DNA from: Macrostomum hystrix
Taxonomy: Eukaryota > Animalia > Platyhelminthes
DNA: 64,000 nt
Direction of reading: 5' to 3'
NCBI GenBank assembly: GCA_950097015.1
Contig: CATNEN010000038.1
Coordinates: forward strand, 10,850,001 to 10,914,000
Below, in pieces: positions 50,301 through 62,405 of this stretch. Within the stretch, counting starts at the first letter, position 1. Every line of letters starts with the position of its first letter. Below the pieces are notes generated by a model that did not search any database, was not told where the DNA came from, and worked only from the letters and a program-made list of their open reading frames with translations. The position numbers and the translations under genes are program-made.

Positions 50301-51951
50301 GACTGCGACTCTGATCTCAAAGAACTACATTGTACACTTCACTTTGCATGCAATTGGAATTGAACAAGCATATCATTTGAGATATGTGGTGCATGTATGT
50401 ACATAGTGCTTCGAATCACATTTATATGCATGCACTCATTTCAGTGATACAAGCTAATAAGTAAGTCAAGCATGTAGTGCAGATGGTCACATGTCTGCAT
50501 GTTGACCGTGCACACAAGTATGGCTTTGAGTGAACGGCTGCCGTGCATGCAAGTATGGCTTTGGGCGAACGGCAGCCGTGCATGCAAGCTCTTCGAAATT
50601 AAAAAGCTAGCAACATTTTTATATATGTTTGCATGTATATAATCAAACCTTAGTATTATTATCAAAAATGTCACTTTATTACTGTTAAATTTGGTTTTTA
50701 CTGATAGTAATTTATTGAGTTTACTGTGTAGATTTCAGTTTTTTTAATTGTGGTAGAAGCTTATTTTGTAACTTATCTAGATTAAAAGTGTACTTGTTAA
50801 TTGTTAATTTCAGATATTGCTTAGAAAGACAACTAAGTGTCAAATTCCTACCTGAGAAAATTATAAAAAACTCATTAGCATGCAACCAGCCTCTCCAAAT
50901 GCCAATGGCAGTCCAGACAGAGACAAGCAACAGCAGCAGCAGCATGAGCGCGTGGCCATCCTTGATGCCGGCGCTCAATTCGGCAAAGTGATTGATCGAC
51001 GAATTCGTGAATTATGCGTACTAAGCGAACTGTTGCCAATGGAGACTTCTGTGGACAGACTCAAATCTGGCGGTTATCGAGCCATTGTGGTGTCCGGCGG
51101 CCCTGGCTCCGTGAATGACCAGGATGCGCCGGCCTATGATCAGAGGCTGTTTGACTGCGGCTTGCCCGTGCTGGGCATCTGCTACGGCATGCAACTGCTT
51201 AACAAGTAGGCTTTTTGAAGCTTAGAATATGGAGGGATTGCCTTGAGTAATGGATTCCCTTAAATTTTGTATATTTTGTGAGTCCCTGAAACAAGAGATT
51301 GTGGCAATCCCATTTAATAAGGGATTCTTGGGGTTTCCAAAAAACAAGAGACACCGCGTGAGAGATTATAATGAACAATAGCTTCGAGGGAATCTTCAAT
51401 GAGGGTATTGTGACGGAATCCCACATTAATAAATAATATATAAAGTCTAACCCAACCCCTCAGACACCTTGGCGGCGAAGTGTCCCGGGCCGATTCGCGC
51501 GAAGACGGCCAGTTCCCGGTGCAGCTGGAGCTGTCCTGTCGCCTGTTCCGCGGTATGCAGCCCACCGAGGAGGCCCTCCTAACCCACGGCGATCACGTGA
51601 GTCGCGTTGCGCCCAGTCTTGATATTGTCGGTCGCTCCGACGGCATGGTGGTTGCCATAGCAACCAAGGAGTCCTCAGGTCGTCGCCTCTACGGTGTTCA
51701 ATTTCATCCGGAGGTGGACCTGACGCCGAATGGTGGCTGCGTGTTTCGCAACTTTCTTTTCGATATCGCTGGTCTGAAGGGCGATTATAAGATGGACGAA
51801 CGCGAAGGCTCCTGCCTCAAGTGAGTTAGCTATACCTAACCTAGTGTCATTCTCCCAGATCCTCATTTTCCCAGATCCTCAGATAGAGTCTCTCATTCTC
51901 TTAGATCCTACTTTTGAGTCTGTAATTCTTCCAGATCCTCATTTTGAGTCT
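47356..51951 (+). repeat. Segmental tandem duplication, copy 2
   Basis: See copy 1. A 9-bp filler TCCATTTTG sits at the junction. Confidence 0.97.
49292..50595. mobile_element. Second copy of the foldback/MULE-type element (carried by the duplication)
   Basis: Matches 44687-45990. Confidence 0.85.
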
Positions 51952-54900
51952 GTCACTATCGCAGATCCTCATATTCAGTCTTGAATTCTCCGAGATCCTC
52001 AGATTCAGTCTGAACTTTTCCTAGATCCTCAGATTCAGTCTGAAATTCTCAGAGATCCTCATTTGAAGTCTTTCATTTTTTCCAGATCCTCAGAAAGAGA
52101 TAGCCTGTCATACTTTTAGATCCTCAGCATGATTTCTATTAAGTTTCTCCCCACCTTCCGCCTCGCCCAATCTGCAGTTACATCCGCGAGTCCGTTCCTC
52201 CCGATTGTCGCGTGCTCATGCTTCTCAGCGGCGGCGTTGACAGCAGCACTTGCGCGGCTCTGCTAGCCAAAGCCCTCCGGCCCGACCAGATAGTGGCTGT
52301 GCACATCGACAACGGCTTCATGCGTCTGCGCGAGAGCAGCCTAGTCATTAAAAGTCTAGCAGCTCTTGGATTGCAGGTTTGGGCAGCTTAAATAATTATT
52401 GTCATTTTCTTATCACTCTACTTTCACCAGGGATCGACAAACTCCGGCCGGCGGGCCAGATGCGGCGGTCGAAGCTCCCAAATCCGGCCCGTTTTGGGAG
52501 CTTCCAACACCTATAGTATCCTGTCTCATCTCTCCCGTGTCTCATCTCTCTCTAACCTGGAGATGGAGAGTCTCATCTCTCCCGTGTCTTATCTCATCTC
52601 TGTCTCATCCCTCCCAAGTCTTATCTCTCCTGTGTCTCATCTCTCCCGTGTCTCATCCCTCCCGTGTCTCATCTCTCCCGTGTCTCATCCCTCCCGTGTA
52701 TCAACCCTCCCGTGTCTCATCCCTCCCGTGTCTCATCTCTCCCGTGTCTTATCCCTCCCGTGTCTTATCCCTCCCGTGTCTCATCTCTCCTGTGTCTCAT
52801 CTCTCCCGTGTCTCATCTCTCCCGTGTCTCATCCCTCCCGTGTCTCATCCCTCCCGTGTCTCATCCCTCCCGTGTCTCATCTCTCCCGTGTCTCATCCCT
52901 CCCGTGTCTCATCCCTCCCGTGTCTCATCTCTCCCGTGTCTCATCCCTCCCGTGTCTTATCTCTCCCGTGTCTCACCCCTCCCGTGTCTCATCCCTCCCG
53001 TGTCTTATCTCTCCCGTGTCTCATCCCTCCCGTGTCTCATCCCTCCCGTGTCTCAACCCTCCCGTGTCTCATCCCTCCCGTGTCTCATCTCTCCCGTGTC
53101 TCATCCCTCCCGTGTCTTATCTCTCCAGTGTCTCATCCTTCCCGTATCTCATCCTTCCCGTATCTCATCCCTCCTCTGTCTCATATTTCTACAGTTGAAG
53201 CGGCCCGCTTTCGTCTTTTAGGTTCTCTCCTCTCCTTACAGTTACACAATTAGTTTAAGTCATTACTTGGATTAACAAGTAGTGTATTTGAAAAAGTAAA
53301 TAGAGTACTTTTTAAACATAAAATATCCTACCCTACTAATAGTAGAGCTGCATAGAATCCAAATCTATCTAAATTTATCTCAGGTTCGCCTTGTGGACGC
53401 ATCTCTGAAGTTTCTAGCCGGATGCACCAATCAGGTGCGTCGCGTCACGGTTGGCAAGGAGACCGCAGAGCGTCGCGTACGCCTTGGCCCATTGTCAAGC
53501 GTTATTAATCCGGAGGAGAAGCGCCAGATTATTGGCGATTTGTTTATGCTGGTTGCTAAGGATGTCGTTGCCGAACTGCAGTTGGATCCCGAGAAGGTCT
53601 ACCTGGCCCAGGGCACCCTTCGACCTGACCTCATCGAGTCCGCATCCAGCATTGCCTCGCATCGAGCCGACGCCATCAAGACTCATCACAATGACACTGA
53701 TCTGGTGCGAGAATTGCGCGCCCGCGGCCGAGTCATTGAGCCATTGAAAGACTTTCACAAGGATGAGGTATGGCAAGCTTACCCAACTCATGAGTGCACA
53801 CAGGTGTGTACATGTGCCCTGACTTTCTCATCGTCAGGCAGTGTACACTCTCATTGTGCCTTGGAGATTGACCCCTTAAGGGCGTAAATTGCACGACAAG
53901 CCCCCAAGCCTTCTCTCCGCGCCTGCCCCCCGAATGAATGTGGCCTCGCCGCGGAATCGAGCTTTGGGACATTGCTCAACCGCTCTGCCATTCACCCACT
54001 TTTAGTGACCGTTTTAACATGGGATTTTTTAGTGAATTAGGGAAACTGGGTTTAGAAATGGGAAATTTTTTATGAATTTAAGAATCGGGATTTCATTAAG
54101 TTGCGGTTCTGCGATTTGGGATTTTAAACTTACAATTCATTTAATGTTTAGGGAAAATCTATGAATCGATTAAAACTCCCCAAAAATTCCCCTGCGCTTC
54201 AGGTGCGAAAAATCGCGCGGGATCTGGGCCTCCCCGAGGCGCTAGTCTCCAGGCACCCGTTTCCTGGTCCCGGCCTGGCGATTCGCGTACTCTGCGCCAA
54301 GGAGCCGCATATGGACAAGGATTTCATGGAGACAGCGGCCTGCGTGCGACTTCTCCTCGAGCTGCGCAACTCAATTGGAGGCGGCGTCGCTGGCAACGAA
54401 CGCCAGGCGCCGCAGTTGTCTCGCCTTCGTCAGCTGCTGACGCCGAACGAATTGGACCGGCTTAGCCGACTGTCGGACATTCAGGGCCACCTGCTGCCTG
54501 TGAACACCGTTGGAGTTCAGGGAGACAGGCGAACCTACTCCTACGCGGTGGCCCTGTCCAGCCCCAGTCCCGAGCCCAACTGGCCGGACCTGTTCTACGT
54601 TGCCCGCCTATTGCCCAGAGTCTGTCACAGCGTCAATCGGGTTGTGTACGCATTCGGCCCAGTCATTCAGTACCCTGTGACCGACGTCACCCAGACCCTG
54701 TTGTCTCCTCCGGTGCTGGACCAGCTGCGGCTTGCCGACGACAAGGCGCACACTGTGCTCAGGGTCTGTTGCACTTTTTACTGGCTTGTCGTTATTTAGT
54801 TTAGCATCACCAATGTGTTATGAGTGAGTGCTCACAGGTGTGTTATGATTGAGTGCTCACAGGTGTGTTATGAGTGAGTGCTCACAGGTGTGTTATGAGT

Positions 54901-56102
54901 GAGTGCTCACAGGTGTGTTATGAGTGAGTGCTCACAGGTGTGTTATGAGTGAGTGCTCACAGGTGTGTTATGAGTGAGTGCTCACAGGTGTGTTATGAGT
55001 GAGTGCTCACAGGTGTGTTATGATTGAGTGCTCACAGGTGTGTTATGAGTGAGTGCTCACAGGTGTGTTATGAGTGAGTGCTCACAGGTGTGTTATGAGT
55101 GAGTGCTCACAGGTGTGTTATGAGTGAGTGCTCACAGGTGTGTTATGAGTGAGTGCTCACAGGTGTGTTATGAGTGAGTGCTCACAGGTGTGTTATGATT
55201 GAGTGCTCACAGGTGTGTTATGAGTGAGTGCTCACAGGTGTGTTATGAGTGAGTGCTCACAGGTGTGTTATGAGTGAGTGCTCACAGGTGTGTTATGAGT
55301 GAGTGCTCACAGGTGTGTTATGAGTGAGTGCTCACAGGTGTGTAATGTGTGAGTGCTCACAGGTGTGTTATGAGTGAGTGCTCACAGGTGTGTTATGAGT
55401 GAGTGCTCACAGGTGTGTTATGAGTGAGTGCTCACAGGTGTGTTATGAGTGAGTGCTCACAGGTGTGTTATGAGTGAGTGCTCACAGGTGTGTTATGAGT
55501 GAGTGCTCACAGGTGTGTTATGAGTGAGTGCTCACATGTGTGTTATGAGTGAGTGCTCACATGTGTGTTATGAGTGAGTGCTCACAGGTGTGTAATGTGT
55601 GAGTGCTCACAGGTGTGTTATGAGTGAGTGCTCACAGGTGTGTTATGAGTGAGTGCTCACAGGTGTGTTATGAGTGAGTGCTCACAGGTGTGTTATGATT
55701 GAGTGCTCACAGGTGTGTTATGAGTGAGTGCTCACAGGTGTGTAATGTGTGAGTGTTCACATGTGTGTTATCAACCAGCCTAGTGCTCACAGGTAGCTGC
55801 CGATTCCTCCACCCAAACCTCAGGAGTGTCCCCATAGTCACGTGAGCCAGATGCCGGTGGTGCTGATACCGATTCATTTCGATCGCGATCCGCTTCAACT
55901 GCTGCCCTCCGTACTGCGCTCCATTGTGCTCCGGCCCTTCATTACTAATGATTTTATGACCGGCGTAGCCGCCGTGCCCGGCAAACACGTTGCTATCGGC
56001 ACCCTGAACAATATGGTGGCCCAGGTGTCCACCGTTAACGGTATTAGCCGCGTCCTGTACGATTTGACCTCCAAACCGCCTGGCACAACCGAGTGGGAGT
56101 GA
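50880..56102 (+). CDS. GMPS: GMP synthase (glutamine-hydrolysing). Exons 50880-51205, 51464-51820, 52178-52376, 53384-53767, 54203-54763, 55824-56102 (701 aa).
   Basis: GATase motifs, LLSGGVDS PP-loop, PEEKRQIIG, QGTLRPDLIES, IKTHHN, RHPFPGPGLAIR, VGVQGD.RTY and C-terminal YDLTSKPPGTTEWE. All splice phases are compatible. Confidence 0.97.
52428..53230. mobile_element. hAT-like MITE remnant carrying a 16-bp minisatellite (CCCGTGTCTCATCCCT)
   Basis: Starts CAGGGATCGACAAACTCCGGCCGGCGGGCCAGATGCGGC (hAT-like end). Its 3' part matches the reverse complement of 58036-58200. Confidence 0.65.
53890..53997 (-). mobile_element. Family B SINE fragment
   Basis: Shares AATGTGGCCTCGCCGCGGAATCGA and CTCTGCCA with 468-540. 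Confidence 0.55.
54812..55795. repeat. 25-bp intronic minisatellite (GTGTTATGAGTGAGTGCTCACAGGT), ~39 copies
   Basis: Fills GMPS intron 5. Confidence 0.97.
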
Positions 56103-57998
56103 AAAAAACGAGACCTAATTGCTTTCTATTTGGAAGCTAAGCGACTTTAAACACTTTTTTGTGTCGATTAGTTCGATTTTTAATTAGATTAATTTGCCGT
56201 CTTTAATCTCAACTAAACCGTGACCCTCATTTTCCCCTGAAAGTTTGACGTTATCTGACCCTAATTGATCAGTTGTCCCTGACCTTCATTGTCCTCTGGA
56301 AGTTTGACTTTATGTCCTGACCTTCATTGTTCTTTCTTTCTTAAACTAGCCAACTTAGTTTGACGGCATACAAATTAGAATTCCAATATAAGAAAGATAA
56401 TCAACTATTTTGTTTTTTAATATCTATTTGTTTTGACGTACTGCAACCTGCAATTCATTACAACTGAAGACACTATACTAGACAGTGGGTAGTAAAATTA
56501 TGCTTACACTTCTAAATTATTGTTCAACTTTAATAGCATGATTTAAAGAGAATTTAAAATGTAATTTGAATTCAGATTTAGCTGTACCATTAATTATTTG
56601 CAGATCCGGTTCTTTTGCCCAGAACGCAATAGATTAGAGTGTTATTTATTATCTACGGCGTGTTCGTCTATTTTCCGAATCGTAATAATATTCTTCGAGT
56701 TTTCATACCCTTTGTGCTCCAGTTGAGACTGAAGTCTCCATCTGTACCACCTGTGCAATCCACTTGGAGTTTGTTGAGAAGTAAGCATGTCAATGATATG
56801 TACTTTTCGATACATATCGCCTAATTAAAACAGTTGGCTATAGTTACTTCAAAGCTTTCATAATAAAAAATATATATTTATTTGTTTCTTTCATCTTACT
56901 GTTGGTTTCGTATCCAGATTTCTTTAAAATTTCGTTAACAAATTAATAATGTTACGTTAGCTCCTTAACTTGAAAAGAATCAATTTACTTACTTAAAGTA
57001 GCAAGTAGCGAAAAGGCTTTGCTAAAACGAGATTTTTTCGCGTTGCATTCTTGCATTTTACCATTTCTAAAGGTAAATTTCATTGGAGTCAATATAATTA
57101 AAGCTTTATCTGCTCTCAATAAAATAATTTAGCAATTTTTCGTTTGTTGCCCAACGCGTGCAGTGCTGGTAGATTTTTCGATAGCTCCATTCACAATAAT
57201 CTAAAATGTACTTGTAATTTCAATTGGCTCTTTAGTGTTTTTTCAGTAAAATATAATATATTAATAGCAACAAATGGCTGACTAATCTGTTTCAGCTTTC
57301 ATTGCCAGATTATCTTGATAAATTAGTTTATGTGAAAATAATATCAACGTTCAACAGATCAACAGATGATGGCGTCGTAAGGATTTTAAGTTGGTTTATT
57401 TCCAACTTAGCATATAAAGGTTAGTTATATGCCCATACACATTTGACTTAAGCAATTATTGACAGGTGATTTGGGTTAGTGTTCAAAGGTAGCTAGGTGA
57501 CTGTTCGCATGTGAGTTGGGTGAGGTGAGCTATCTGGCTGTCAGCGTTTGCTTAAAAAAAACTTTTTGTACTCTTAACGTGGTACTAAAATAATTCAGTA
57601 GCGTGTTGCAACAGCGCTAACCCGTCTCTCACATCTCTCCGTTCCATCTTCAAAAAAAGATGCGCAGAAAAAAGATAACCTGAGTCTAACCCGTTTGCAT
57701 AGCAACAAGGGCTACACCTTGGATACCGCTGTTGCTAATCTCTCTAGTGAGGTTAAGTGGATTCGCGACGAGGTAATATCCGAATCTTGGACTAAATATC
57801 GAAATTCCAACTAAAATTAACAACGAAGAATAAATCAAAAGTATAAAAAAGGTCAAAAATTGCAGGCACAAAAGTTTGTATACTAGACTAGTAATTTCAA
57901 CCCCCCTGCCTACGGTTGAGCGGTACCATGACAGATTCTAGGCTAGACGACTTGTGGCTTACTCTGTTGTCAACAAAAAAGGGCGCCACTGTCTATGG

Positions 57999-58652
57999 CA
58001 GGGGTCGGCTAACTAATTAGCGGGCGGGCCACGGAGAGAGCCTAAAAGACGACAGCGGGCCACATTGACTGTAGGAATATAAGAAAGGGGAGAGATAAGA
58101 CCGGGAAGATGAGACACGGGATAGATTAGACAGGAGATAGATGAGACAGAAGAGATTAGACAGGGGAGAGATGACAAAGGAAAGAGACGAGACGGGAGAG
58201 ATGAGACAGTGGATGGATGAGAAAGGGAAGAGATGAGACAGTGGATAGATGACTCTTCATCTCCAGATGAGAGAGAGATGAGAGAGTGGATAGCTGACTC
58301 TTCATCTCGAGATGAGAGAGATATGAGACAGTGGATGGACGACTCTTCATCTCGAGATGAGAGAGATATGAGAGTGGATGGATGACTCTTCATCTCGAGA
58401 TGAGAGAGATATGAGACAGTGGATGGATGACTCTTCATCTCCAGATGAGACAGTGGATGGATGATTCTTCATCTCGAGATGAGACAGTGGATGGATGACT
58501 CTTCATCTCGAGATGAGACAGTGGATGGATGACTCTTCATCTCGAGATGAGACAGTGGATGGATGACTCTTCATCTCGAGATGAGACAGTGGATGGATGA
58601 CTCTTGATCTCCAGAGGAGAGAGAGATGAGACAGTGGAAAGATAAGATAGGA
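57999..58652. mobile_element. hAT-like MITE remnant (same family as 52428-53230, opposite orientation) carrying a 34-bp minisatellite
   Basis: Starts CAGGGGTCGGCTAACT..GCGGGCCAC, then CCTAAAAGACGACAGCGGGCC. The repeat contains the palindrome TCATCTCGAGATGA. Confidence 0.65.
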
Positions 58653-59232
58653 TTTTCCATCTTGCCTTTGTCCGCCGTTAATTAGTTTAACAGTTCTGTA
58701 CATTAGTTATCGCCCTTTATTTGAACCAGTTGTAAGTTGAAGCCGGAAAGTCCCTTTGTGTTCTTTTCGCGGAAATCAAAGTGGCTTCCAGGGTTCAATA
58801 AATAAACTGCTATGTTTATCAACAAATTTTAGATTCTAAAGTCGTACCAGCTTGCCCTTGCCCCCTAGCAACATCAGCTGATCAAAATAAGCTGAGGGCA
58901 GGCTTGCAAAGTTTGCCGGTTCAGGGGAAACCACTCACTTACAAACTCGTACTTACAATGTCTCTCAGCCGAGTGTTTCGCATTATTGGACCAAGGCGAG
59001 AGTTGGAAAATTCCGGTTTCATGACCCGACGCAATGGCAAAAGACTTACTCCGATCCTCCTTTAGTGCCTGCCCTCAGATAGCGTAGAAAAAAGTTCTCG
59101 CTAACTCTTGTCCAAGCCGCTTTTGTCCAGTTTTGTCTTGCCACAGCAAATGTACATACTAGCGGGGGCTGTGGCCTTGGCTAGAAATGTACACCTGCGT
59201 AGGAAATCCCGATTGCATGCGGGAACGGAAGC

Positions 59233-59382
59233 TGATGAAATTTCGATGCTATTTTTAGAACACTCCTCAGATTGGACTGTAGCGCGTTTCACCTCTATTT
59301 GGATTCGCCTCATCGGTGGGCGTGGCAGAGGGCCCGCTGACCGGCCTCCTAAACAACAACCCATTCAGATTGGCTATAAAAG
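59233..59382 (+). promoter_or_regulatory. Putative ChaC promoter: C/EBP-ATF (CARE/AARE) element TGATGAAAT 59233-59241, inverted CCAAT boxes, TATAAAAG 59375-59382
   Basis: Motif matches only, 100-240 bp upstream of the ChaC ATG. Confidence 0.45.
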
Positions 59383-59475
59383 CGGCGAGGCCGACAACGA
59401 AGAGAGCTGGCGCTAAAGTCCTCAGCAATAGCAGCTGTCCATCAGACACTAAAAGATCAGTTAAATATTTAAAAA

Positions 59476-60248
59476 ATGCCGCCATCTTCAAGGCCGTCCG
59501 CGATAGCCGCAGTAGACCGGCTGGTCGTGAGCCTCATAACCAGCGGAGAGCCGCTGCGCATCTTTGGCTACGGCTCCATCATCTGGCAGCCGAATTTCCG
59601 CTTCGCCAGCCGCCTAGTCGGCAGCGTGGCCGGATTCAAACGCCGTTTCTATCAGGGCAGCACGAGGCATCGGGGCACAGACGAACTGGTCAGTTGACAG
59701 TGACGCGAGTTGAAATGCAACTCACGTTCCGATATGTTTAGAAAATTGCTAAACCGAATAACTTTTTGCAGCCCGGCCGGGTGGCTACTCTGGTGCCAAA
59801 GGAGGGCGCCACTGTCTATGGTATCGCCTTCGAGATAGTCGGCGTAGACGCTATTCGCGCAGCACTCACTCACCTGACAGAGCGAGAGGTGCAGCTGGGT
59901 GGCTACAGCTTCCACCGGGTCAGCTTCCAGCCGCTGCAGCAGCAGACGTCGCTGGAGGCCTTCGCGTACATCGCCGGACCGGAGAATCCTCAGTACCTGG
60001 GCAAGGCCAGCCTGGAGCTGCAGGCTCGCCAGGTGGCGATGTCCATCGGTCCCTGCGGAGCCAACCTCGATTACGTCCGCGGTGTCGCCGAATTTATGCT
60101 CGGCGAGGTGCCAGATTGCGAGACCCGGGATAGGCACCTGTTCCGCCTGCTGAGGCGAGCGGATGACTTTGCGAACGAGTTGAAGACGTCGAAAATGCTC
60201 ACGTCGAGCTCTCGGACTGAAGCCGTCAGCATTGTCGCCGCATTCTGA
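59476..60248 (+). CDS. CHAC: ChaC-family glutathione-specific gamma-glutamylcyclotransferase. Exons 59476-59688 and 59772-60248 (229 aa).
   Basis: IFGYGSIIW.P, GFKRRFYQGSTRHRGT..PGRVATLV, LTEREVQLGGY, GPCGANLDY. Confidence 0.95.
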
Positions 60249-60604
60249 TTGGCTACCTAGAGCTTCTCACCTGTACTTGACTAAAGCATTTACTGAATAT
60301 GATGTCAAGATTAATGCCCTTATCGTGCTTCTGCGGAAATTGCTTCACTGTCTAGATTAGAATACAATTAATTGCTTTTGCAATATCCCTAGACTGTAAA
60401 ATGTGCCCACAACTGCCAAGGTTTGTCTTTGGTAATGCAATGAAAAATGTCTGCTAAATACAATTTGTATAAATAGTTTTGATTTGCTGCGCATTTCCAG
60501 GAAAATGCACACGAAACTTTTTAATACGTTTCGCATTCTAGCTCGTACATTTACAGGATTAACAGGACTAAGGACCTTCAGGTGCAGGTTCAGGACCTTC
60601 AGAT

Positions 60605-62405
60605 TGTGAAGGAATCTGAAGTTTGATGTACAGAATACACCCTGAAGCTTAATGACTGACAATCTGAAGGTCCTAAAGTTTGATGTACAGAATACACCCT
60701 GAAGCTTAATGACTGACAATCTGAAGGTCCTGAAGTTTGATGTACAGAATACACCCTGAAGCTTAATGACTGACAATCTGAAGGTCCTGAAGTTTGATGT
60801 ACAGAATACACCCTGAAGCTTAATGACTGACAATCTGAAAGTCCTGAAGTTCGATGTACAGAATACACCCTGAAGCTTAATGACTGACAATCTGAAAGTC
60901 CTAAAGTTCGATGTACAGAATACACCCTGAAGCTTAATGACTGACAATCTGAAAATCCTGAAGTTCGATGTACAGAATACACCCTGAAGCTTAATGACTG
61001 ACAATCTGAAAGTCCTAAAGTTCGATGTACAGACTACACCCTGAAGCTAAATGACTGACAATCTGAAAGTCCTAAAGTTCGATGTACAGAATACACCCTG
61101 AAGCTTAATGAGTGAAAATCTGAAAGTCCTGAAGTTTGATGTACAGAATACACCCTGAAGCTAAATGACTGACAATCTGAAAGTCCTAAAGTTCGATGTA
61201 CAGAATACACCCTGAAGATTAATGAGTGACAATCTGAAAGTCCTGAAGTTTGATGTACAGAATACACCCTGAAGCTTAATGACTGACAATCTGAAAGTCC
61301 TAAAGTTCGATGTACAGAATACACCCTGAAGATTAATGACTGACAATATGAAAATCCTGAAGTTTGATGTACAGAATACACCCTGAAGCTTAATGACTGA
61401 CAATCTGAAAATCCTGAAGTTCGATGTACAGAATACACCCTGAAGCTTAATGACTGACAATCTGAAAATCCTGAAGTTCGATGTACAGAATACACCCTGA
61501 AGCTTAATGACTGACAATCTGAAAATCCTGAAGTTCGATGTACAGAATACACCCTGAAGCTTAATGACTGACAATCTGAAGGTCCTGAAGTTTGATGTAC
61601 AGAATACACCCTGAAGCTTAATGACTGACAATCTGAAAGTCCTGAAGTTCGATGTACAGAATACACCCTGAAGCTTAATGACTGACAATCTGAAAGTCCT
61701 AAAGTTCGATGTACAGAATACACCCTGAAGCTTAATGACTGACAATCTGAAAATCCTGAAGTTCGATGTACAGAATACACCCTGAAGCTTAATGACTGAC
61801 AATCTGAAAGTCCTAAAGTTCGATGTACAGACTACACCCTGAAGCTAAATGACTGACAATCTGAAAGTCCTAAAGTTCGATGTACAGACTACACCCTGAA
61901 GCTTAATGACTGACAATCTGAAAGTCCTGAAGTTTGATGTACAGAATACACCCTGAAGCTTAATGACTGACAATCTGAAAGTCCTGAAGTTCGATGTACA
62001 GAATACACCCTGAAGCTTAATGACTGACAATCTGAAAATCCTGAAGTTCGATGTACAGAATACACCCTGAAGCTTAATGACTGACAATCTGAAAATCCTG
62101 AAGTTCGATGTACAGAATACACCCTGAAGCTAAATGACTGACAATCTGAAAGTCCTGAAGTTCGATGTACAGAATACACCCTGAAGCTTAATGACTGACA
62201 ATCTGAAAATCCTGAAGTTCGATGTACAGAATACACCCTGAAGCTAAATGACTGACAATCTGAAAGTCCTGAAGTTCGATGTACAGAATACACCCTGAAG
62301 CTTAATGACTGACAATCTGAAAATCCTGAAGTTCGATGTACAGAATACACCCTGAAGCTTAATGACTGACAATCTGAAAGTCCTGAAGTTTGATGTACAG
62401 AATAC
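60605..62405. repeat. 57-bp minisatellite, ~31 copies
   Basis: CTGAAGTTCGATGTACAGAATACACCCTGAAGCTTAATGACTGACAATCTGAAAGTC in tandem. Confidence 0.97.

Noticed and set aside
51651-51664. Perfect RFX X-box GTTGCCATAGCAAC (also at 47046-47059)
   Set aside because: It lies within GMPS coding sequence (VAIAT) with no nearby TSS, so it is probably coincidental.
52399-53253. Ser/Pro/Leu/Cys-rich ORFs
   Set aside because: Translation of a 16-bp repeat inside GMPS intron 3.
50880-60248. Bacterial origin or contamination for GMPS and ChaC
   Set aside because: Both have spliceosomal introns, and GMPS has the long eukaryote-type C-terminal region.
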